A DNA stretch of 64,000 nt from an uncultured delta proteobacterium (GTDB lineage Bacteria > Desulfobacterota > Binatia > UBA9968), in contig CAWJZV010000012.1 in the NCBI GenBank assembly GCA_963847445.1, positions 1 through 64,000 of the forward strand. Direction: 5' to 3'. Within the stretch, counting starts at the first letter, position 1. Each line of letters begins with the position of its first letter. Below the pieces are notes generated by a model. It saw nothing but the letters and a program-made list of their open reading frames with translations, was not told the origin of the DNA and ran no database searches. Of the stretch, positions 21,079 to 30,735 are shown piece by piece. Made by a program: the position numbers and the translations under genes.

Positions 21079-22065
21079 ATGGAAAGTAAAAAAGTCGTTT
21101 CTTTGATTCTTGGCGCGATGCTCATCGCACATAGCTTTTCTGCCGAGGCGCAACAGCCGACAAAAGTTCCCCGGATTGGATACCTAGATGCTGTCTCCCT
21201 TTCCGTTAATGCGGGCCGTAACGAGGCCTTCCGCCAGGGACTGCGCGAGCTGGGCTACGTGGAGGGGAAAGAAATCGTCATTGAGTGGCTATCTGCCGAC
21301 GGAAAACTCGATCGCCTCCCAGCGCTCGCGGCCGAACTGGTGCGTCTCAGGGTTGACATCATCGTTTCGGCTGGTGGGGCAGTAACCCGTGCCGCCAAGG
21401 AAGCAACTTCCACAACTCCCATTGTCATGACGTTCGAAAGCGATCCTGTTGGCTCGGGGATCGTCGTCAGCCTGGCACGACCAGGCGGGAACATCACAGG
21501 ACTGTCCAACTTTGCCCCGGAGCTAAGCGGCAAACGACTGGAGATTCTGAGAGAGGTCGTCGCTAGGGTCTCGCGCGTGGCCGTCCTCGGGACTTCGACC
21601 CAACCGGGCTACGCGCAAGTGTCAAAAGAGATCGAACTCGCCGCAAAGGTGTTCAAATTACAGCTTCAATTTCTAGACGTTTTAGATTCCAAGGATATTG
21701 AGACCGCATTTCGAGCCGCGAGCAAGGGGCGGGCTGACGGAGTACTTGTGCTACCGAGCCCTATCCTCTCTTCTCAGCGAACTCAGCTTGTAGAACTCGC
21801 GGTAAAGAACCGGCTCCCCGCGATATATTACGACAGCCTGCATGCCACAGCCGGGGGGCTTATGAGCTACGGCGTGAGCCAACTCGACTTGAACCGGCGC
21901 GCCGCTACGTATGTGGACAAGATACTGAAAGGGACCAAGCCCGCGGACCTTCCTGTGGAACAGCCGAGCAAGTTCGATTTCGTCATCAATCTGAAAGCAG
22001 CGAAGCAGATCGGTTTGACAATTCCGCCGAATGTGTTGGTGAGGGCGGACAAAGTATTACGGTAA
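21079..22065 (+). CDS. ABC_sub_bind-family protein D
   Basis: Intact 328 aa ORF with all family motifs. Confidence 0.93.
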   Translation: MESKKVVSLILGAMLIAHSFSAEAQQPTKVPRIGYLDAVSLSVNAGRNEAFRQGLRELGYVEGKEIVIEWLSADGKLDRLPALAAELVRLRVDIIVSAGGAVTRAAKEATSTTPIVMTFESDPVGSGIVVSLARPGGNITGLSNFAPELSGKRLEILREVVARVSRVAVLGTSTQPGYAQVSKEIELAAKVFKLQLQFLDVLDSKDIETAFRAASKGRADGVLVLPSPILSSQRTQLVELAVKNRLPAIYYDSLHATAGGLMSYGVSQLDLNRRAATYVDKILKGTKPADLPVEQPSKFDFVINLKAAKQIGLTIPPNVLVRADKVLR

Positions 22066-22194
22066 GGCGTGAGGGGTAAGGAGTAAGGCGACTCGGTTTG
22101 AATCTCGATATTATGCGGGAGTCATAACGGTAAATTATGCTGTAGCGATTTCGCAAGCCACGCGAATGAGTTGCGCGGCGCTTAGGAGATCACG

Positions 22195-23316
22195 ATGATG
22201 ACTCAACGGCAAAAACTGATCGGTCCAGTCGGGATCTTTGTCTTGGCGTTGGCGGCGGAAGTCTGCGCCGCCCAGTTGGATTGGAAAACCGATTGGGAAC
22301 GGACGGTCGCTGCCGCCAAGAAGGAAGGCCAGGTCAACGTTTATATCTATCGCTATGAGAGCTTGCTGCAGGAATTCAAACGGGAGTTTCCCGGCATCAA
22401 CGTGGTCGCCGTGACCGGACGGGGTAACGAGCTGACTAACCGCGTCATGGCTGAACGGCGGGCAGGCAAGTTCATCGCGGATGTCTATAGCGCGGGCACC
22501 GGCGGCAACTATAACGTTCTCTACAAAGGCAAGGCGCTCGACCCGATCAAACCGCTGTTGAGCCTGCCCGAAGTCGTCGATGAGTCGAAGTGGTATGGCA
22601 AGGAGCACCGCTACGCCGACGCCGAGGGGAAATATGTCTTCGCCTATCTCGCCAGTCCGAGCGACGCGCAGTTAGCTTTTAACACGAGTCAGGTGAGTCC
22701 CAAGGAATTCAAATCCTATTGGGATGTCACGCAGCCCAAGTGGAAGGGTAAAATCGTCTCCCTCGATCCGCGCGACGGCGGCTTGGGCGGCACCATGCAG
22801 TTTTTCTACTATCACCCGGAGCTCGGCGCGGAATTTATCAAAAAATTCTTTAGCACCATGGACATCCAGTTCGCCAAGAATTTCCGCCAGATGACCGACT
22901 GGCTGGCCCAGGGGCGCTACGCCCTCTGCTTTGGCTGCAAGGATTCCATGCGCGCTAAGAACCAGGGACTGCCGGTGGACGACTTCGATACGACCCGGTG
23001 GAAAGAAGGATCGAGTTTTTCGTCAGGCGGCGGTTCGCTCAGTTATTTGAATCAGGCGCCGCACCCCAACGCGGCCAAGGTTTTTATCAATTGGTTCTTG
23101 TCGCGGCGCGGGCAGATCGCCCTGCAAAAGCTCGGCGACGTCGACGATGCGCCCAATTCGCGGCGCATCGATATCCCCAAGGATGATGTTCTGCCAGGCA
23201 ATCGCATGTCACCGGACGGCAGGTATTTCGATGTGGTCAAACCCGAGTATGCCGATTTGAAGCCGATCGCCGATCTTGCCAGGGAGATCATGGCGGCGAT
23301 CGAAGCGAAGAAGTAG
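22195..23316 (+). CDS. ABC solute-binding protein, paralog 5
   Basis: Family motifs. Contains CFGC. Intact. Confidence 0.92.
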   Translation: MMTQRQKLIGPVGIFVLALAAEVCAAQLDWKTDWERTVAAAKKEGQVNVYIYRYESLLQEFKREFPGINVVAVTGRGNELTNRVMAERRAGKFIADVYSAGTGGNYNVLYKGKALDPIKPLLSLPEVVDESKWYGKEHRYADAEGKYVFAYLASPSDAQLAFNTSQVSPKEFKSYWDVTQPKWKGKIVSLDPRDGGLGGTMQFFYYHPELGAEFIKKFFSTMDIQFAKNFRQMTDWLAQGRYALCFGCKDSMRAKNQGLPVDDFDTTRWKEGSSFSSGGGSLSYLNQAPHPNAAKVFINWFLSRRGQIALQKLGDVDDAPNSRRIDIPKDDVLPGNRMSPDGRYFDVVKPEYADLKPIADLAREIMAAIEAKK

Positions 23317-23396
23317 CGGAATGGACCCGCAGATTGTTTTAGCAAGGCGCGCTGAATGCGATCCAAGAACATCAGCGTACAAGTCCTAACCCATCT

Positions 23397-23508
23397 CGTC
23401 ACACCGGCCCTTCGGCTGCGCTCAGGATAAACTCCGGCCGGTGTCCAGTCTTAGTTTTGTAGCCCCCGAGGAAACCCCTCGCCCTGCCGGCCTGCGCCGG
23501 AATGACGA
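23397..23508. repeat. CGTC-type REP-like inverted pair with a nested mini-element
   Basis: CGTCACACCGGC...CCGGCCGGTGTCCAG ... GCCGGCCTGCGCCGGAATGACG. Related TGTCAT/ATGACA-ended elements at 24832-24919, 28631-28690 and 37116-37144. Confidence 0.6.
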
Positions 23509-23657
23509 CCCAAAGCAATGAAAAGTAATTAGGGCATGCCGATTCATAATAAGTTCATCGAGCCAATTCACCGGTTGACATTGGCATGCCCATCGGGAAA
23601 TATTCTGCCGGTGCATGCGGTTGTGGCGAATTTTCAACGGAGCGGAGGAAGATGTGC

Positions 23658-24781
23658 ATGATTAGTCGTCAAGTCGTCATTTTTAGCTTTGGTCGCGTTG
23701 GTTCTTTTCTGGCTAGCGGCGCATACGCATGCGGCCCAAACCGACTGGAAAAAAGATTGGGAGCAGACGCTGGCCGCGGCCAGAAAAGAAGGTCAGGTCA
23801 ACGTTTATATTTACCGCTACGAGGGCTTGCTGCAGGATTTCAAGCGCGACTACCCCGGCATCAACGTCGTGGCGGTTACCGGCCGCGGCAACGAGCTGAC
23901 CAACCGCATCATGGCGGAGCGGCGCGCCGGCAAGTTCATTGCCGATGTTTACAGCGGCGGCACCAACAGTCTTTACAACACGCTCTACAAAGGCAAAGCG
24001 CTCGATCCGCTCAAGCCGCTGCTGATTCTCCCCGAAGTCACCGATCTCTCCAAATGGTACGGCAAGGAACATCGCTACGCCGATCCGGAGGGGAAATATA
24101 TCTTCGCCTTCATCGGCTCGCCGAGCAACGCGCAGTTGGCGTACAACACCCAGTTGGTCAATCCCAAGGAGTTCAAGTCCTACGCCGACGTGGTCAATCC
24201 CAAGTGGAAAGGCAAGATCGTTTCCCTCGATCCGCGCGATACCGGCTTGGGCGCGACCATGCAATTTTACTATTACAGCCCGGAGATCGGCCCTGAGTTC
24301 ATGAAGAAATTTTTCGGCGGCATGGATATTACCTACGCCAAAAACTTCCGGCAAATGACCGACTGGCTGGCGCAGGGCAAGTTCGCGATCTGCATGGGCT
24401 GCAAGGATTCCGCGCGGGCGAAAAACCAGGGATTGCCGGTGGACGATTTCGATACCAACCATTGGAAAGAGGGTTCGAGCTTTTCGGCCGGCGGCGGTTC
24501 GGTGAGTTATGTGAATCAAGCGCCGCACCCCAATGCAGCGAAAGTTTTTCTCAACTGGTTTCTTGTCGCGCAAAGGTCAGATCGCGCTGCAGAAGCTCGG
24601 CGATGTCGACGACCCGGCCAACTCGCGGCGCATCGATATTCCCAAAGACGACATCCCGCCGGAGAACCGGTTGCAGCCGGGGTTGAAGTACTTCGATGTG
24701 GTTAGACCGGAGTATGGCGATATGAAACCGATCTTCGATCTGGCCAAAGAGATCATGGCCGGTGTGGATAAGGGAAAATAG
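23658..24781 (+). CDS. ABC solute-binding protein, paralog 6 (frameshifts ~23685, ~24560)
   Basis: Close tandem duplicate of paralog 5 (VYIYRYE, GRGNELTNR, CMGCKDS). Confidence 0.88.
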
Positions 24782-25029
24782 AGTCATTCGAGATGCGATG
24801 ATTTGAGCCCTCTCCCTTTGGAGACTGTGGCGTTATTCTCATTCCGAGCCAACGCCGAGGAATCTCGGCTTCGTAACTAGCAGACAACACGAGATCCCTC
24901 CGCGACGCTCGGGATGACAGCGATGGAGAGATTTTCGAATCGAGATAAAGTCTTTAGGGGGAGTGGCAGTCGGAGGGACGGAAAGCCGAGAGATAGTTGC
25001 GCACTTGTATTTCATTCGAGGAGTGAAGC

Positions 25030-26196
25030 ATGCTCACCGTGAAGAAAATGAAACGCTGACGCAAGTCGGCCGCGGCACGCCGGGCGGCGAGTATCTGCGG
25101 CGCTACTGGATGCCGGTGGTCTGCGCCGGCGAATTGACCGAGGCGAAGCCGATCAAAGCGTTTCGGCTGATGGGCGAAAATCTGGTGGTCTATCGCGACC
25201 AAAGCGGCCGCTACGGTGTGGTCGCCGAACAATGCCCGCACCGAAAAGCTTCGTTGGCTTTCGGCCGCGTCGATGGCGAAGGCATCCGCTGCCCGTATCA
25301 CGGTTGGAAATTCGACGGTACGGGAAAATGTCTCGAACAGCCGGCGGAACCGGTCGACGGCGGTTTCAAAGACAAGATCAAACATACGGCTTATCCAGCC
25401 GAGCGCTTGGGCGGATTGATCTGGACCTACCTGGGACCGGAGCCGCGGCCGCTCTTGCCGCGCTGGGATGTCCTGGTGTGGGAGGACGGTTACCGCTGGA
25501 TCGAGAAGCACGAGGTTTATAACTGCAACTGGCTTGCAGCCGACGGAAAACTCCGTCGACCCGTCCCATCTATTTTGGCTGCACGGCGACACCGCGCATT
25601 TGGCGCCGAGCGTGGACCACTATGAAGAGGACCATACCTTCACGCCGTTCGAGTACGGCATCATGAAACGGCGCATCACGCCCGGCAGAAAACCCGGCGA
25701 CGCGCCGGTGATCGACCAGCATCCGCTATTGTTCCCGAGCACGCTGCGCCATGTGTTCCGGGAGCGGCTGCTCGAAGGCCGGGTGCGTCATAATTTGCAG
25801 ATCCGCGTGCCGGTGGACGATGCTCACACGCAGGTATTCGTAGTTTATTTTTCGCCCAACGACACCGACCGCTCGCCGGCGGACGGCGATACGCCCTGGG
25901 AATTTTTTCGCATTCGCGACGACCAGGGCGAGTACCGGCTCGATCAGGTGTTGGCGCAAGACGCCATGGCCTGGGAAACCCAAGGCGCGCCGACGGATCG
26001 CACCCAGGAGCATTTGGGCGTCGGCGACGAGGGCATCATCCTGCTGAGAAAAATCCTGCGCGAACAGATCGACACCGTGCGCAACGGCGGCGAACCGCTC
26101 GGCGTGGTGCGCGATGCGCAAAAGAATCGTTTGATCGAGTTCGAAGTGATTAACCAGCGCATCGGGATTTACGTTAAAGAGAAGAAGGTGGCGTGA
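25030..26196 (+). CDS. Rieske oxygenase alpha subunit, paralog 3 (frameshifts ~25037, ~25535)
   Basis: MLT(R)EENETLTQVGRGTPGGEYLRRYW, CPHRK...CPYHGW, ENSVDPSHLFWLH, QDAMAWETQG. Confidence 0.9.
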
Positions 26197-26289
26197 GGAT
26201 TTCGCCTTCAAGTTTTGCTTTCGCATGACAATCGGACGGCATCAGCGATAAATCGGACGCAGCTAGGAATATATCAGGAGGAAGTTTTA

Positions 26290-27394
26290 ATGGCCGAAAT
26301 GAACACGCAACCAGCCGATCTCAAGCCGGATCGGCTCGACACTTATAAGGTTTGGCAGGCGGAGCAAGGGATTCCTTGTATTCGCGGTTTCTTCGTCAAG
26401 GACGTCAACCAGGTTCCCGTGGAGCCTTGGGATTTAAAAGGCGTGCCTTGTTCCTTTGTCGTGCTCGACGGCACCGGCGGCACCAACGACGGCTATGTTT
26501 GCGAGATCCCCGCCGGCGGCAAGACCAAACCGCAGAAACATATGTACGAGGAAATGGTCTACGTCTCCAAAGGCTACGGCGCGACCACGGTGTGGCAGCG
26601 CGACGGCAAGAAGAAGCATACCTTCGAGTGGGGTCCGGGCAGCATGTTCGCGATCCCGATCAACGCCGACTACCAGCACTTCAACGCCAGCGGCAGCGAG
26701 ACCGCGCGTTATTTCGCGGTGACCAACTCCTGCTTCATGATGAACCTGTTTCACAACAGCGATTACATTTTTAACAGCGATTACGTTTTCACCGATCGGT
26801 TCGATCCGCACACCGAAGGCTACTTCAACGGTGAAGGGACCATCACCGGGCGGTTTTTCATGACGACTAATTTTGTCCCCGACACCCACAACATCAAGCT
26901 GACCGACTACAGCGAGCGCGGCAAGGGCAGCACCAACATGAAGTTCGACCTGGCGCGCAACACCATGGGCGCGCATATCTCCGAGTTCCCCGTTGGCACC
27001 TACAAGAAAGGCCATCGCCATGGCCCCGGCGCCCATGTGATTATTCTCTCCGGCCAGGGCTATTCGGTGTTGTGGAAAGATGGCGTGCCCACCGAACGGG
27101 TCGAGTGGGGGCCGGGCAGCGTCGTCGTGCCGCCGGATCAATGGTTCCACCAACATTTTAATTCCGGCGCCGCACCGGCGCGCTATCTCGCCTTGCGTTG
27201 GAACAACTGGCGCTACCGCTTCTTGCGCTCAACGGACGGCGAAGGCGGAACTTATACAAGCTTAAAACTCGGCGGCAACCAGATCGAGTTCGAAGACGAG
27301 GATGCCGCAGATCCACAAAGACTTCGAGGCGGCGATGAGAGCCGCCGGCGCCAAGTGCAACATGCCGTATCATCCGGGGTGCACGCAGAAGTAG
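26290..27394 (+). CDS. Bicupin, paralog of 5977..7014 (frameshift ~27305)
   Basis: QKHMYEE...YQHFN and GHRHGPGAH...WFHQHFN. Confidence 0.82.
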
Positions 27395-27511
27395 TCGCGC
27401 CGCGCGACTACTTCTGTTCAAAGGTTCAAGGTTCAAACGTTCAAGGTTCGGCACACGGAAGGCGCTGCGACCTTGAACCTCGAACGTTATTGGAACGAAA
27501 CCGGAGGTTTC

Positions 27512-28418
27512 ATGCCGCGACTCAGACTGAGTTTCGTTTCGGCATTCAACGAGCGCGTCCAACCGCTTGATGGATGGCAGCATCCAACCTGAAGGCGGTC
27601 GAGCTGATGCCGACCTATTCCGATCCGTCGGAAACTTTTTGGCGCCAGCTCAAGTTTCATGAATTTGAAATCTCGGAGATGTCGCTGTCGTCCTATCTGA
27701 TCGCCAGATCGCGCGGCATGGACTTCGTGGCGATCCCGGTCTTCCCGTCGCGCCGCTTCATGCACGCGGAGCTCTCCTATCACGTCGATTCCGGAATCCG
27801 GGCGCCGGGAGATGTAACCGGCAAGCGCATCGGCGTCGGCGAATACCAAAGACCGCCTCGCTCTGGGTGCGCGGCACGCTGGAGCATGACTTCGGCGTGT
27901 CGCAGTACAAGGTCGATTGGTACATGGAGCGCACCGATGAGTTGAGCCATGGCGGCGCCACCGGCTTTACCCCGCCAAGGGAATCGCCTTCCACAAGATC
28001 CCCCCGGACAAAAGCATCGCATCGATGCTGGTCAACCACGAGATCGATGTCGCCTCGGTGACCCGGGCTTTTTCGCGCGAGTCGAACATCATCGACCGCT
28101 CGACCCATATTCGCGCCCAGGGCGGCGACTGGAGCAAGGTTAAGCCGCTGTTTCCCGACCGCATGGCCGAAGCGGCCCGGTTCATCAAGCAGCATGGCTA
28201 TGTCCCGGCGAATCATGCTTACGCCATCCGCGGCGATGTCGACAGAAAGTATCCCTGGCTGGCGTTCAATCTGTACAAGGCGTTTGTCAGCGCGAAGCAG
28301 GTCTACCGACGCCTCAGCGAAAGCTTGCCGTCGGGCTGTTTTCGGCCGCGAATATCTCGCCAAAACAAAGAGATTCTCGGCGACGATCGTTTTACGGCTC
28401 AAGGCGAACCGGCCGATG
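27512..28418 (+). CDS. 4,5-dihydroxyphthalate decarboxylase-like protein (PBP2 fold), many frameshifts, 3' truncated
   Basis: MPRLRLSF...ETFWRQLKFHEFEISEMSLSSY...AIPVFPSRRFMH...GKRIGVGEYQ...PLFPD...YPWLAFNLYKAF...YGLKANRPM. Confidence 0.75.
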
Positions 28419-28518
28419 GAAATTCGAGTATCTCATCAACTTGAAAGCGGCGAAGCAGACTGGCCTGGCGACTGACTCGCCGAATGTGCTGGTGCGGGCG
28501 GATCGGGTGATTCGACAA
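28413..28518 (+). pseudogene. C-terminal fragment of an ABC_sub_bind gene
   Basis: Reads PMKFEYLINLKAAKQTGL...PNVLVRADRVIR and is followed by the GGCAAAAGTAAAAA motif also seen after copies A and B. Confidence 0.75.
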
Positions 28519-28859
28519 GGCAAAAGTAAAAATAAAAAAGGCAGCCCGTACTAGACGGGGCACAGGTGAAACCGGGAAGCGGAATATCTTCCGCAAAGAC
28601 GCCAAGGCGCAAAGTGACAGACCAGAGGCCTGTCATCCCGAACGAATGCCAGGGATCTAAGACGGATTTCTCTGTTCGTTCGAAATGACAACGTTCACCC
28701 TTTGCGCCCCTTCGACTTCGCTCAGGACATGCTTGGCAGAAGGAATATCCGAATCCGAGTTAAGAGGAGTCACGCTACTGTCGCCGCAAATCCGAATTCC
28801 CCTTGATCTCCAACGCTTCACACGATATTAACTCGCAGACTCTTTAGGGAGTATTAGCC

Positions 28860-30597
28860 ATGGCTAAAACCGAAACCTACAATGCGCCGGCTTTGACGCG
28901 ATCTTGGCTCCCGCCATTGGATGGCGGCACGGCGATCATGGCTGGTTTGATCGGCTTCATGGGATTCTACGTGCTCTATCCCTTGACGCTAATCGTCGTC
29001 AACAGCTTCAACACCGCGACCATCGCCGAGCCGGAAGTTTACGGCTTGGACGCTTGGCGCAAGGCCTTCGCCGAACCGGGGATTTGGCGCTCGCTGTGGA
29101 ACAGCATCAAGATCGGTTTAGTCCTGCAGATTGTCGCCCTGCCGACGGGGATTTTTATTTCTTGGCTGTTGGCGCGCACCAATATTCTGTTTCCTAACGC
29201 GATGGAATTCGGCTTTTGGATTTCGTTTTTCATGCCCGGATTGGCGACCACCTTCGGTTGGATGTTGATGCTCGATCCGAGCACAGGTCTGATCAATGCC
29301 TGGCTGCGCCAGCTGCCGCTGGTGAGCGGTCTCAATTTCGACATTTATTCGTTCTGGGGCATCGTCTTCGTTCATTTGGTCGGCAACGGGATTTCCACCA
29401 AAGTCATGCTCATGACGCCGGCATTTCGCCGCATGGACGCATCGATGGAAGAAGCCAGCCGGATGTCGGGGGCGAGTGCTTTCACGACACTTGTCCGCAT
29501 CACCGTGCCAGCGCTGACGCCGGTGATTATCGTGGTATTACTGCTCAGCATTATTCGCATCTTTAGCAGCTTGGAAATTGAATTGCTTCTCGGTGTTCCC
29601 TGGGGTTTTTACGTTTACTCCACCAAGATCGTCGACCTGGCGCGCCAGGAACCGCCATTGGTCAACCAGGCGGCGGCGTTGGGGAGTATTATCCTGCTGT
29701 TCCTAGCGATTTTTATTCCGCTCCAGCGCAAACTCATCTCACGCCGCCAGTTCACCACCGTCACCGGCCAATTCAAACCGAAGATCATCGAGCTCGGGGA
29801 TTTGGCGTTATCCGGCGACGGCCTTCGTCGGCTTGATACTCTTCGTTCTCGACGTGGTGCCGCTGCTCTCCGTGCTCGGCGGCAGCTTCATGACCCGCTT
29901 CGGCTTTTTCAATCTGCCGAAGACTTGGACGATGGAATACTGGCGCATGGCGCTCACCGATCCGCGCATTCTTCAGGGGTTACACAATACATTGATCGTC
30001 GCGGTCAGTGCCGGCGTGGTCGGGGCGCTGTTTTTCTCCCTGATCGGCTATGTCTTGGTGCGCACCAAGCTGCCGGGCCGCGGCATACTGGATTCGATTT
30101 GCTGGCTGCCGTCGGCGATTCCCGGCGTGCTGTCGGGCTTGGGGCTGTTGTGGATGTTTCTCGGCACGCCGGTGTTTCGGCCGTTTTACGGTACCATCGT
30201 GCTGCTAGTCGTCGCGCAAGTGCTTGGTGGGATTACTCTGGCGACGCAGATTCTCAAAGCCAATTTCGTCCAGTTAGGCAAGGAACTCGAAGAGTCGTCG
30301 CGCATGTCCGGCGCCGGTTTTTGGCGCACCTACTTGCGCATTGTCTTTCCGCTCATGGCGCAAACCATGGTGATGGTCGCGGTTATCAAGTTCATGTTCG
30401 CGGCGCAGCATAATTCGGCGATCATTCTTTTGGCGACATCGGAAACCCGCACCTTGTCGCTGTTGGCATTGGATCAAGTCGCCGCCGGCTACCGCGAGGT
30501 GGCGAGCATTACCATCATCATGATCACCGTGCTGACTTTGGGCGTGGCGATCGTGGCGCGTTCCTTCGGTCTCAAAGTCGGCATCCGCGCGGAATGA
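28860..30597 (+). CDS. ABC transporter permease, FbpB-like with two membrane domains (frameshift ~29800)
   Basis: Two EAA loops (MEEASRMSGAS, LEESSRMSGAG) and multiple TM segments. Confidence 0.9.
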
Positions 30598-30735
30598 CAA
30601 CGAGTCTTAAACACGTAAATGTCGCGAAAGCCGTTGAAGATCGAGTTTAAAGCCTGTCCTGAGCGCGGTCGAAGGGATCGAGGATGGCAATTCTCGACGA
30701 TTTGAGTATGGCCTGTTTCGGACGATTAAGGAAAA

